The translations under genes were made by a program, and so were the position numbers. Shown here in pieces: positions 47,869 through 57,052 of a stretch of 64,000 nt of DNA. Position 1 is the first letter of the stretch, and every line of letters starts with the position of its first letter. A model generated the notes under the pieces. It made no database searches. It had not been told where the DNA came from and was given only the letters and a program-made list of their open reading frames with translations. Source of the DNA: Methanobacteriota archaeon (GTDB taxonomy: Archaea; Thermoplasmatota; Poseidoniia; Poseidoniales; Thalassarchaeaceae); the NCBI GenBank assembly GCA_016845365.1, contig JAERST010000024.1, positions 160,461-224,460 of the forward strand. Reading direction: 5' to 3'.

Positions 47869-48169
47869 CTGGACGGGGGAGATTGAGCCTCTCGCGCACG
47901 AGTCGGATTTTCCCCGATGATGTTCGAGATTCAATTCCGGATGCAGATTCTATTGAATCTCGCGCGAACTGGTAATCTGCAAGCCCTACTTTGATAATTG
48001 CAAGGGTCGATTCCGAAGATGATTTACAATCGAATAAACGGAATTCGATAGTTGGAAGAATCTTGCTCAACTCATTTTGAACTTCTTTTCGCCCAAGTGA
48101 AGCAAGTTCGATCTCGATGCCTATCCATCGATGCTTACCGCGAGCGGCCTTGCGCTGCTTCGGCATGGT
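47855..48169 (-). CDS. Probable RNase P protein subunit Pop5 (aRpp14)
   Basis: MPKQRKAARGKHRWIGIEIE resembles the Pop5 N-terminus (KKRYIAFEV). Size ~105 aa. The start was chosen at the internal Met. Confidence 0.4.
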   Translation of the reverse strand, partial: TMPKQRKAARGKHRWIGIEIELASLGRKEVQNELSKILPTIEFRLFDCKSSSESTLAIIKVGLADYQFARDSIESASGIESRTSSGKIRLVRERLNLPRPVRKR

Positions 48170-48251
48170 CGCGCGACAAGGTGCCAGTATAACGAATTCT
48201 CGCTCGTTGGCCTGACTTCGGAACAATCTGCACGGTGACCAATTTTCTACA

Positions 48252-49157
48252 TCAAAGCCCGCTGACAACGGCAACGAGCCTCAATCTACCGACCATTTCA
48301 TCGCTCGCTCGCGCGCCTAGAATTACTTGGCAGTCGGGATGAAGGCTGCTGACTAGAGATTCGCTCAATAAATTGAGATGGGCCAAGGTCATATCGGGTC
48401 CGCCCTCGACTTGAATTAGACAACCCCTCGCTCCAGAGACATCGATTTCTGCAAGTGGTGAGCGTCGAGCCACCTCAACCACTCCGGATGGATCCACAAC
48501 AGTCCCTGTCCCTACGATCAAAGTGGCTTCACCGGAATGCTCCACAACAGTTCGTAAATCCATCAGATCAAGATTCAATTTACCTACCTTCGCGAGGGTC
48601 GTTACCAGACCCTCGACCAAGTCTTGAATCCAGCCCGAGCCTTGCTGCCAATCAGCATCTCTGGCTCGGGCGTACCAAGCCAATCTTTCCATGCTTACGC
48701 GTATGCAGACATGAGATTGCTCCTCTAATGCTGGTAGCGCCGCATTGGCGATCGCACAGCGCAGCGGTTGTTCGGCAAATGGTAGACCAGCGATGCTGAG
48801 GACGAGGCAGTTACGGGCGCGTGCTAGGCGTGCTAATTCGTTAGCCGCGCCAGAGCCGGTGCCCCCGCCCAAGCCTGCCATGATGAAGACTAATTCGGCC
48901 TTTTCCAAGAGCGGGTCGAGCGAATGCAAACCCTCACTCAATCGGTGGGCGGCAAGTGTCGGTAAAGCGGCGGCACCGCTACCATCTCCAACCGCGTCGA
49001 GGTGCAGACAATGAGCTTGCCCAGAACCACGAAATGAAGATTCATCTGCATCGATAAGGAGAAGGTCGGCGAGCCCATCGCACTCGCGATGTGCGGCGTC
49101 GGCCCAGATGCAGCCGAGCCCTCCAACTCCCGCAATCAGTATCGCGCCCTCGTGCAC
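48252..49157 (-). CDS. Divergent short FtsZ/tubulin-family GTPase (301 aa; altered T1 loop, no C-terminal tail)
   Basis: FtsZ motifs present: IAGVGGLGCIW (T1-like, degenerate), GLGGGTGSGAANELARLAR (T4 GGGTGSG), LNLDLMDLRTV (T7-like). Confidence 0.7.
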   Translation of the reverse strand: MHEGAILIAGVGGLGCIWADAAHRECDGLADLLLIDADESSFRGSGQAHCLHLDAVGDGSGAAALPTLAAHRLSEGLHSLDPLLEKAELVFIMAGLGGGTGSGAANELARLARARNCLVLSIAGLPFAEQPLRCAIANAALPALEEQSHVCIRVSMERLAWYARARDADWQQGSGWIQDLVEGLVTTLAKVGKLNLDLMDLRTVVEHSGEATLIVGTGTVVDPSGVVEVARRSPLAEIDVSGARGCLIQVEGGPDMTLAHLNLLSESLVSSLHPDCQVILGARASDEMVGRLRLVAVVSGL

Positions 49158-49266
49158 GAGCGAAGGCTCATCGCGGGCGCGCCTTGAAACTGAGGGTTGA
49201 GTCCCAGGCTCAAAGAAGCGATTGAAGACTCATCAAATGAGCACGAAGAGAAGAAGGAACCCCCCC

Positions 49267-49572
49267 TCAATCGTAGGTCAGATATCGCTGGTATCTACGG
49301 CGCTCATCGCGAGCCCAAGCATTGTCCGGTTCAATCTCCAGAACCTTATCGTAATACTCGACAGCCTTCTCAAAATCAGAGAGGTATCGCCCGTTCATGT
49401 GAGCGAGGTTGTTCAGAACAGGAACACAGCGCGAATCGGCTTCCAACATCTCGAGGAGAATCTTCTCCGCCCCATTGATGTCCATCATCTCCATCTTATC
49501 CTCGGCTTCATCGAGGCTGGCGATTTGCTCATCGCTCAAGCGGTAGATATTCTTCCACACCGGACCTGCCAT
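49267..49572 (-). CDS. Small TPR-repeat protein
   Basis: LEMLEADSRCVPVLNNLAHMNGRYLSDFEKAVEYYDKVLEIEPDNAWARDERRRY contains two or three TPR-like helical repeats. The ORF-track 5' extension, which would overlap the divergent gene, is unlikely to be real. Confidence 0.45.
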   Translation of the reverse strand: MAGPVWKNIYRLSDEQIASLDEAEDKMEMMDINGAEKILLEMLEADSRCVPVLNNLAHMNGRYLSDFEKAVEYYDKVLEIEPDNAWARDERRRYQRYLTYD

Positions 49573-49722
49573 TACACCATCGAGAGCGCTGATTCGTATG
49601 AGGTTTCGCAGGTTCCGAACGCTCGGCCTCAAAGGCGCTTGAGACGGGGACCCCGTAGGGGTCAAACTGAAACCTTGATATCCCGATGTCGGGTGGAATG
49701 CTTCGTCGTAAGAGGTCAAAAG

Positions 49723-50538
49723 ATGAAGACGCATCACTCGACCTCGCACAGGCTGCTAGTACTGGCCTGTTTCGCATTACTTCTAGCGGGTTCGAGTCAA
49801 GCCTACTCCACCGGCATCGGTGGCGACGAGGATGACAAGGGAGATGTCGCTCTTGCTGGCTGCACCTGCCACACCGAACTCCCCGACAATTCGGTAACGG
49901 TCATCCTCGACCAATTGCCTTACCATTACACAGCAGGCACCACCTACGCCATGAAGATTCAACTCATCGGCGGCCCTGAAATAGACACTTCCTCGACCAC
50001 CGGCGGATTCGCCATGCGCGTGAGCGCAGGAAGCCTCGCCGGTGGCGAAGGTTACGAGAACCAAGTTCAGAATTGGGAGGACGACCCGACCAGTCTAACA
50101 CACGCCGGATCAGGTGGGTCAACTGCCGACCGCATTTGGCTCATCACTTGGACCGCGCCAGAGGAAGGCACTGGCGTAGTGACATTTTCACTCTCTGGTA
50201 ACGCAGTTAACGGAGACCACGCTCCATCTGAGCTCGACCGATGGAATCGCCTGACCACCTCGGTCGACGAAGGCACAGACAATGGCGATACTCGAACTAT
50301 CTTCAGCGGAAATGGAGAGATCGAGCCCCCCGCGCCAGCGGAGACTCACATCGACCTCCACCACATGGGAGCAGCGCTTCGAGCCCACTGGCTCGGCCTG
50401 CTCGGCTTCGGCGCAGTAATCCTTGTGATCCTATTCTGCGGACTATTCCTCCGCTACGGATTCTCTCGTCATTACGAAGGCCGAAGCAACCTTCTCAAAC
50501 TACGAATCAAGCATCTTCGAAGGGGTGACCAACTGTGA
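49723..50538 (+). CDS. Exported membrane-anchored Cys-X-Cys-His domain protein (paralog of 3021..4019), first gene of the Rieske/cyt b cluster
   Basis: Signal peptide MKTHHSTSHRLLVLACFALLLAGSSQA, domain GCTCHTEL...THAGSGGSTADRIWLITWTAPEEGTGVVTFSLSGNAV...DRWNRLT, C-terminal TM. The ORF-track start at 49222 is an upstream artefact. Confidence 0.6.
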   Translation: MKTHHSTSHRLLVLACFALLLAGSSQAYSTGIGGDEDDKGDVALAGCTCHTELPDNSVTVILDQLPYHYTAGTTYAMKIQLIGGPEIDTSSTTGGFAMRVSAGSLAGGEGYENQVQNWEDDPTSLTHAGSGGSTADRIWLITWTAPEEGTGVVTFSLSGNAVNGDHAPSELDRWNRLTTSVDEGTDNGDTRTIFSGNGEIEPPAPAETHIDLHHMGAALRAHWLGLLGFGAVILVILFCGLFLRYGFSRHYEGRSNLLKLRIKHLRRGDQL

Positions 50539-50984
50539 AAGACGACGTCGTCATGAAACTCCTGCGCGAGGTTAAGTCCGGCAAGGTCAGCGTTGAGGAC
50601 GCACGCGAAGCATTGACCGGAGTAGACCTGAGCGAGGAGAATTACGTTGCTGCGGTGGACCACGGAGTATTCAACGAACCCGAGCCAGGAACAATCGTTC
50701 GAGCGAGCCTCTCCCCAACAGGCGAGTCCGCCCTCGTAATCGTCTTCGCACTCTGGGGTATTCTCTGGACACTTTACTGGGCTGGATCTCTCTCATACGG
50801 ACTCTACAATCACTGGGACCAGCAGCGTCTTTCATTCCACTTGGGTATGACGCTGCTGACTGTCATAATGATGGGAATCGTATACATGCGATTCGTCATG
50901 CCGGATGTAGTCGTCGTCAAGCACAGGCGAAATAAGTACATCCCGCCAAATGATACGGAAGGTTGGCAACAATACGAGGTGTGA
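50535..50984 (+). CDS. Small membrane protein (soluble N-terminal helical domain + 2 TM)
   Basis: Translationally coupled between the CxCH protein and the Rieske gene. Confidence 0.45.
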   Translation: MKDDVVMKLLREVKSGKVSVEDAREALTGVDLSEENYVAAVDHGVFNEPEPGTIVRASLSPTGESALVIVFALWGILWTLYWAGSLSYGLYNHWDQQRLSFHLGMTLLTVIMMGIVYMRFVMPDVVVVKHRRNKYIPPNDTEGWQQYEV

Positions 50985-50987
50985 TGT

Positions 50988-51842
50988 ATGGCGCGAAGAT
51001 TCCGATTACGCCCACTTCCTGGTGCCGATGAGCAGGTAACTGAATCGAATCCGGTCATCGACCGCCGTGAATTCATGCGGCACTCATTCAACACGGCTGC
51101 TGGAGTCATCACGATGGCTAGCCTCGGCAGCATCGGCTTTGCTTCACTTCTGATGGGAACCGCCGATTCATCCGGCGGCGATACCGCCGTCCGCTTCTGG
51201 GTGCCGACCGGCGCAGAAGATTCTGCTTGGTACGGCGACCGTCACCTCGAACCAATGTCATACTCCGCCTTCGTCGCCGCAGCAGAGGCTAGCCCGACCG
51301 GCATGTCCGGCGCTCAGGGTGTTTGGTCCGGACTGCCGGTGAACGTAGTCTACGTACCTCATGCAGAGAATGCTAACTCAGCACCGAGCACAAACTCTCC
51401 CCGCTTCCAATTCATGGATGGCTACACCGAGAGTGGGAAGTATGTCGGAAGCGGGTTCGAGTTGGATGAGAATCCAGACTATGCAGCTCTCTCAATCCAC
51501 GACAATCTCATCGTGATTTTCTCTCGTTGCACACACTTGTGCTGCATTCCTGGCTGGCAATTGGTGCAGAACGACTTCACCAATGACCAATGGACTCCTG
51601 GTGCAGTCGACGCGGGCGGGAACAAATTGTTCTGTATTTGTCACTCGAGCCGATTTGACCCGACCGCGATCGAAAAGAATCGAAGTCGAAACCGTTCGAC
51701 AGGAGCCGAATTCGATTTCTTCGGAATCCGCCGAACCGGCGGCCCCGCTCCTGTCGGTTTACCACTCATCCCGTGGGTTATCACGGGCGATACCATTGAA
51801 GCCCTGCCCGACTTCAAAGATTGGTACACATATTGCGACTGA
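50988..51842 (+). CDS. Rieske [2Fe-2S] protein with twin-arginine signal
   Basis: Tat motif DRREFMRHSF plus TM. Rieske boxes CTHLCC and CICHSS. A long N-terminal periplasmic insertion precedes the cluster-binding domain. Confidence 0.85.
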   Translation: MARRFRLRPLPGADEQVTESNPVIDRREFMRHSFNTAAGVITMASLGSIGFASLLMGTADSSGGDTAVRFWVPTGAEDSAWYGDRHLEPMSYSAFVAAAEASPTGMSGAQGVWSGLPVNVVYVPHAENANSAPSTNSPRFQFMDGYTESGKYVGSGFELDENPDYAALSIHDNLIVIFSRCTHLCCIPGWQLVQNDFTNDQWTPGAVDAGGNKLFCICHSSRFDPTAIEKNRSRNRSTGAEFDFFGIRRTGGPAPVGLPLIPWVITGDTIEALPDFKDWYTYCD

Positions 51843-51848
51843 GGTGAG

Positions 51849-52718
51849 ATGATGCTACAATTCTGGTTCCTTTGGCTATTCATCGCCCTCATCGTCGTCC
51901 TCGTCGCATTCACACTGCGTAAGGAGCGCGACGACATGCCTCGCAAGGATATCTTGCGCGCTGTCGAAACCAGCGCAGGCAGCATGGGATTGGCTGAGAA
52001 AACCTTCCTCTGGGCTTTCTCTTGGCTCGACACGCGCTTCCGCATCCAGGATTATTGGGGCATGAGTCGGGATGCGTATTACAGCGTGCACCGTCAAATG
52101 CCTCTTACGCACGCTGAGAAGTATAAGCTTCGAATCATCTGGTATTGGTATCCACTCTACTGTTTGGGTGGAATCTCCTTCCTCGCCTTCGTGATTTTGG
52201 TCATCACCGGAACTGTCCTTGGCCTCTACTATGTCCCTGGTGGAGAAGGCGACCCAACCCCAGCTTATTCATCGATGGAATTCATCATGACGCAGCTTCC
52301 ATTCGGTTACATCATTCGCTCGATTCACCACTGGACGACACACTTCATGGTGGCTGCAGTGTTCCTTCACATGTGTCGAGTTTACTTCACCGGCGCATAC
52401 CGCAACCCTCGTGAGCTAAACTGGCTCATCGGCGTCGCTCTGATGTTCTTCACCATCTTCTTCGGCTACTCAGGCTACCTGCTTCCTTGGGACAGTTTGG
52501 CCTTCGGAGCCGCCACCATTGGCATCAACATGGCGAACTCGACCCCCCTCATCGGAGGGTGGGTCGCGACCGCGATGTTCGCAGGAACATCGCTCTCCGG
52601 CCAGACGGTTACGCGTATGTATTTCCTACACGTATTCATTCTGCCCGTCGTCGTCACAGCGCTAATTCTAGCGCATTTGTTCATCGTTTGGGTGCAGGGT
52701 ATTGCGGAGCCGCACTGA
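51849..52718 (+). CDS. Cytochrome b (b6-type N-terminal four-helix subunit)
   Basis: Heme ligands H-x13-H (IHHWTTHFMVAAVFLHM) and H-x14-H (HVFILPVVVTALILAH), plus the conserved YLLPWD motif. Confidence 0.9.
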   Translation: MMLQFWFLWLFIALIVVLVAFTLRKERDDMPRKDILRAVETSAGSMGLAEKTFLWAFSWLDTRFRIQDYWGMSRDAYYSVHRQMPLTHAEKYKLRIIWYWYPLYCLGGISFLAFVILVITGTVLGLYYVPGGEGDPTPAYSSMEFIMTQLPFGYIIRSIHHWTTHFMVAAVFLHMCRVYFTGAYRNPRELNWLIGVALMFFTIFFGYSGYLLPWDSLAFGAATIGINMANSTPLIGGWVATAMFAGTSLSGQTVTRMYFLHVFILPVVVTALILAHLFIVWVQGIAEPH

Positions 52719-52733
52719 TCGGAGGTCTTTGGC

Positions 52734-55511
52734 ATGGGAATGATCGATAGATTCGGGCGCATCGCGGATACCTACGTACGCGAGAAGAGCACTCTCCTCG
52801 AGGCTGAGCAAGAGCGCAAGCGAGTTTTCGTCGGGCACGCATTCTGGCCGACTGAAGTCTTGCGCGATTCGATTATCTTCGCCGCAATGGTGATGGTTTT
52901 GGCATTCTATTGCTGGTTGATTCCACCGCCACTTCACAGCGCGGCGGACCCATTCGCTCAGGCCGGCTTCGTTTTCCCTGACTGGTATGTTCTGTTCTCC
53001 TATGGATACCTGCGATGGGGCGAATATCTGCCGCAATTCGTTATTCCAGCCGGCCCGATTGGAGAATTCCTCGGCGCCCCTGTGATTTCATGGAACGCTG
53101 CATGGTGGGGCGCCTTCCTAACCGGAATCCCAGTCGGTATTCTCGCGCTTCCACCATTCCTCGGCGGGCGCGAGAAGAGACCTGTCGAGGACCCTTGGTT
53201 TGCTACCGCTGGTGCGGTTTACCTCGCGCACGTTTGGTTCATTTCAGTTTATTCGATCAATATCTTCCTCGAATTATACGCGAAGGATAGAACCGATTAT
53301 TGTTGGGCGAATTCTCATCATGTCCTCGATTGTGGAAGACAAGCTCCTTGGACTGCTGAAGTCTTCAATGCGATTCCTTGGATTCTGACTGGGATATTCA
53401 TATTCGCCGTGTTATTCTTCGGCGTCAGATGGTTCCTTGTCAATTCGATAGGAGCTCGACTGACGCCGGCGATCGGCAAGCAGGTTGCAATCGGCTCGCT
53501 CGTGCTTGCCGTAATGATCTCAGCAGTCACATGGCCAATCTACGAGGGAGGCTTCTGGGATTACGGCGGACTCGGCGCGATGGACGATGTCGAGGAACTC
53601 GAAACCATGCGCGGCCAGCCCGCCGACACTCTGGTCTACGATGGTAAGGGAGATGATTGGGGAGAATGGGGTGACCTCTGCATGACATTCACCGAATCCT
53701 CAGACCTCGGGGTCTGGGATAGTCTGGATGAAAGCGAAGACCCGGCTAAATGGTGTGTCCTTCCCGCCCAGCATTGGTCGAATTGGGGCTTATTCCAACC
53801 AACCCAAGCCACCATCATCGATTTCGAAGGCGTGAACGGACACGCTGATATCGACACCAGACGAAATGCCGCTGGTCAAGCAGCAGAATACAGCGGAAAT
53901 TCTGATTCATCAACCATCAGCCAAAGTTGGACTGATGTGATGCACATCGAAGACCTCGGCCTCTCCTCGGTCTTCGTCGATATCGGCTGCAACTTCCGCA
54001 CAACTGTGCGTGGAGCCGGCAGCCACACCCAAGACCTCAGCATCAGCAATGACGCAGGAAAGGTCCTGTGGTCAGCTGATGGCGAGTGTGACAGTACCAC
54101 TCTCAAACTCGCACCGGGCAATTACAATCTCGAATACAGCGTAACATCTAGCAATGTCAACGAGTCAGTGATGATGATCACCGATTTCAACGCAGTGGCC
54201 TTCCAACCATTACTCCTAGACGAAAATGGTGCTGCCCCCCTCCGAGTGAACATCCCAGCAGGCACCGACCTCGAGGCGATGACACTCGAGAATCCAACCT
54301 TCCACAAGAATCCCAAGAGCCTCGATGCGAAGTTGACCTATTCGATGTTCATTCCATGTTTAGGAATCGGAGCAATCGTCTACATGTTGATGCGCAGCAT
54401 GGCTCGTGGATACGAGTGGGAGATGAACAAGTGCTACGGCTGCGACCTTTGTGACGATGCTTGCCCAGTCCGCTTGTTCAACGCAGGTGACAAACTCAAC
54501 ATCATCTACAATACATGGAATAACGAGGACGATGGAGTTCCACTGTATTCCTGCCTAACTTGCACAGCATGTACCAATGCATGCCCACAACTCGTCGATT
54601 ACGATTCATACGTCGACATTCGCCGCAACCTAATGGTCGGCGGCCCACCAGCCGCCGAGATACCCCACACTCTCCTTCAAGCCGTCCTAGCGGCAGAGGC
54701 TGAGGAGGACGCCGATGCGGAGTTCATTCCTGTGGAGGAATACCCGATCGACTCTAGCGTGGGATACTACCCAGGATGTGTCGACTACATCGACCAAGAG
54801 ATGATTTTCAGCCATGTCAACGAGGGAGAAATGAACCTCGGCGAGACCACGACAGCAGCTTTCACAATCTTCGATGAAATGCAAAAGGACGTCACCTACC
54901 TCGGTCGAGACTTCCTGAAGTGCTGCGGCCACGACCAAAAGTGGCAAGGAATGACGGAAGTCTTCGAGAAACTCAAGGCCTACAATCAGAAGAAGCTCGG
55001 AGAAAGCGGAATCGACACTCTCGTCACATCATGCGCAGAGTGCTTCCGAACCTTTGCGATGGATTACGAACTTGAGGACATGAAGGTCATGCACACGACT
55101 GAATACCTCATCGAGAACGGCTTTGACTTCGACCTCGCTACCCCAGAGGACGTCACCGTGACCTACCACGATCCTTGCAGGCTCGGTCGCCATATGAACA
55201 TCTATGAGGAGCCGCGAGACCTTGTCCGCGGCGTCAACGGAGTGAATTTGGTGGAGATGGAACACTCCGGCGAGGATGCTCTTTGCTGCGGTGTATCGAG
55301 CATGATGTCTTGCAATGAGAATAGTCGCGCCCTACGCCTAGAGCGCTTCGATGAGGTGAAGGCGACGGGCGCAGACATCATGCTGACCAGTTGCCCAAAG
55401 TGCGTAAGCCACTTCGAGTGTCTGAAGTTCGAGGGTGACCCACGTCACGATTTCGAAATCCTCGACGTGGTCTCTTTCCTTGCACGGCAAATCGATGCGA
55501 AGCGCCAGTGA
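52734..55511 (+). CDS. Fusion: cytochrome bc subunit IV-like membrane domain (PDWY motif) + 2 extra TM + ~280-aa acidic extracytoplasmic domain + TM + cytoplasmic HdrD/GlpC-like module (2x[4Fe-4S] ferredoxin + 2 CCG domains)
   Basis: N-terminal FPDWYVLFSYGYLR (PEWY-type Qo motif). C-terminal CYGCDLCDDACP and CLTCTACTNACP. CCG domains KCCGHDQ...CAEC and DPCRLGR...CCGVSS...CPKC. Confidence 0.85.
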   Translation: MGMIDRFGRIADTYVREKSTLLEAEQERKRVFVGHAFWPTEVLRDSIIFAAMVMVLAFYCWLIPPPLHSAADPFAQAGFVFPDWYVLFSYGYLRWGEYLPQFVIPAGPIGEFLGAPVISWNAAWWGAFLTGIPVGILALPPFLGGREKRPVEDPWFATAGAVYLAHVWFISVYSINIFLELYAKDRTDYCWANSHHVLDCGRQAPWTAEVFNAIPWILTGIFIFAVLFFGVRWFLVNSIGARLTPAIGKQVAIGSLVLAVMISAVTWPIYEGGFWDYGGLGAMDDVEELETMRGQPADTLVYDGKGDDWGEWGDLCMTFTESSDLGVWDSLDESEDPAKWCVLPAQHWSNWGLFQPTQATIIDFEGVNGHADIDTRRNAAGQAAEYSGNSDSSTISQSWTDVMHIEDLGLSSVFVDIGCNFRTTVRGAGSHTQDLSISNDAGKVLWSADGECDSTTLKLAPGNYNLEYSVTSSNVNESVMMITDFNAVAFQPLLLDENGAAPLRVNIPAGTDLEAMTLENPTFHKNPKSLDAKLTYSMFIPCLGIGAIVYMLMRSMARGYEWEMNKCYGCDLCDDACPVRLFNAGDKLNIIYNTWNNEDDGVPLYSCLTCTACTNACPQLVDYDSYVDIRRNLMVGGPPAAEIPHTLLQAVLAAEAEEDADAEFIPVEEYPIDSSVGYYPGCVDYIDQEMIFSHVNEGEMNLGETTTAAFTIFDEMQKDVTYLGRDFLKCCGHDQKWQGMTEVFEKLKAYNQKKLGESGIDTLVTSCAECFRTFAMDYELEDMKVMHTTEYLIENGFDFDLATPEDVTVTYHDPCRLGRHMNIYEEPRDLVRGVNGVNLVEMEHSGEDALCCGVSSMMSCNENSRALRLERFDEVKATGADIMLTSCPKCVSHFECLKFEGDPRHDFEILDVVSFLARQIDAKRQ

Positions 55512-55666
55512 GCGTGCACCGCGCCGATGAGTGCGCGAAGAAGCAGTGATTGCGACGGCGGTTTTTGCCAACTGGCGACGCGGAACGATGACCCCATTTT
55601 TCCCGTTGTAACTCGACTTCGAATGACCGTAGCCTTGAGAAGTCAGAGCCGGCAGCATCGATTCGG

Positions 55667-55999
55667 ATGACCGATATCCCCGACCTCGCTGCTCGCCGAG
55701 CGCGCGAACAGCGTCGCATTCGCATGGTCATGAACGCCATGCGCGCGGAAGAACGCGCCAAACTCAAGGGCGGCGAGGATGCGGTAGCCTGGGTTAAGGA
55801 GGAATTGTGCATTGGTTGTGACCAGTGTACCATCGTTTGCGATGACGACGCGATCGAACTCTACGACACCCCGATGGCAAGCCCGATTATGGACGTCGAT
55901 GTCAACCGAAAAGCCCGCGTCCTGCGCGACCCATGCACCGGCTGCAAACTCTGCGTGCTAGCTTGCCCGACGGACGCGATTATCATGATTGATAGGTGA
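55667..55999 (+). CDS. 2x[4Fe-4S] ferredoxin with basic N-terminal extension
   Basis: CIGCDQCTIVCDDDA and CTGCKLCVLACPTDA, preceded by an Arg-rich leader. Confidence 0.8.
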   Translation: MTDIPDLAARRAREQRRIRMVMNAMRAEERAKLKGGEDAVAWVKEELCIGCDQCTIVCDDDAIELYDTPMASPIMDVDVNRKARVLRDPCTGCKLCVLACPTDAIIMIDR

Positions 56000-56003
56000 T
56001 TGA

Positions 56004-56333
56004 ATGGCCAAAGACGACCCTGTGAGATTTGGTGCCGAATTCGGGCCGAAAAGGACTGAGAATTCTACTGGTGTGTCTCTTGGGACATTCAAGAATTTAG
56101 TTTGGGTTTCGAATCTTGGTGGACTTCTGCTTGTTGCGATTGGCCTTGAATTGATTATGGTTCAACAGCAATTCTATCTTGGATTAGCAGCGATTGTCGG
56201 AGGAGTTGCTGTTGCACTCTTCCCGTCGAATTACGAGATTGTCGGTATGGAAGCGATTCAGGGTGGAGATGCGCCAGAAGGTGAAGATTCAGTGGCTTCT
56301 GGCGACGATAAGGTCAAGGACTCCGATTCCTAA
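56004..56333 (+). CDS. Small membrane protein with acidic C-terminus
   Basis: Two TM helices (VWVSNLGGLLLVAIGLELIM; LGLAAIVGGVAVALF). Confidence 0.35.
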   Translation: MAKDDPVRFGAEFGPKRTENSTGVSLGTFKNLVWVSNLGGLLLVAIGLELIMVQQQFYLGLAAIVGGVAVALFPSNYEIVGMEAIQGGDAPEGEDSVASGDDKVKDSDS

Positions 56334-56342
56334 TCAACCGAT

Positions 56343-56828
56343 ATGGCTCAAGATTGGGTTGTGACTCCGCTCGGTCCAATCCATTTCGAAGCGAATGATG
56401 TTGGATTGACCAAGATCGGTTGGGGCGAGGTTCCTCAGCTTGATGCGTCGAATGAACACCTCGCCGCGGCGAAGGCTTGGATGGACTCATACTTCGCCGG
56501 CTTACAAGCGCCGATTCCAAAGCTGGACGATTCGGCGCTAACAAATTTTCAATCTCGAATCCTGCACGCTTTAGTCGAACACACAGGATTCGGTCAAACG
56601 ATTTCCTATGCTGGGCTCGCTTCAAGCGCTGGACATCCGCGAGCCAGTCGAGCCGTCGGCTCGGTAATGGCGATGAATCCATGGCCGCTACTCGTCCCCT
56701 GCCATCGAGTTGTCCGCAGCGACCGTGTAATCGGAAATTACAGCGGAGCGGGCGGGCCATCAACCAAAATCCAACTATTACGTCACGAAGGCCATGATTT
56801 CGACGATGCTGGTCACATCGCGAGTTGA
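56343..56828 (+). CDS. ogt: Methylated-DNA--protein-cysteine methyltransferase (Ogt/MGMT)
   Basis: Active-site LVPCHRVV, and SYAGLASSAGHPRASRAVGSV is the HTH region. Confidence 0.85.
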   Translation: MAQDWVVTPLGPIHFEANDVGLTKIGWGEVPQLDASNEHLAAAKAWMDSYFAGLQAPIPKLDDSALTNFQSRILHALVEHTGFGQTISYAGLASSAGHPRASRAVGSVMAMNPWPLLVPCHRVVRSDRVIGNYSGAGGPSTKIQLLRHEGHDFDDAGHIAS

Positions 56829-57052
56829 AGCGAGATACTGACGCGAGCTCGCTCACCAATACGCGATGAAGATCGCAAAAGAGGCGACTGAAGCCAATGT
56901 CCAGACGAAGATGTAGAAGTTCTGCGAGAGTGGTGAGGCGATGATGCCGCCGGTTTCCTCTGACTCAGCCATCTGTATCGAACCGTCGAGGCGAAATCGG
57001 GTTGTAAATGTGACTGCTAACATCGGTGAAAGCGAACCGGGGTAATGGGTTC

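Noticed and set aside
56314-56859. 181-aa minus-strand ORF antisense to ogt
   Set aside because: Overlaps the conserved MGMT gene (PCHRV active site on the plus strand). Arg-rich artefact.
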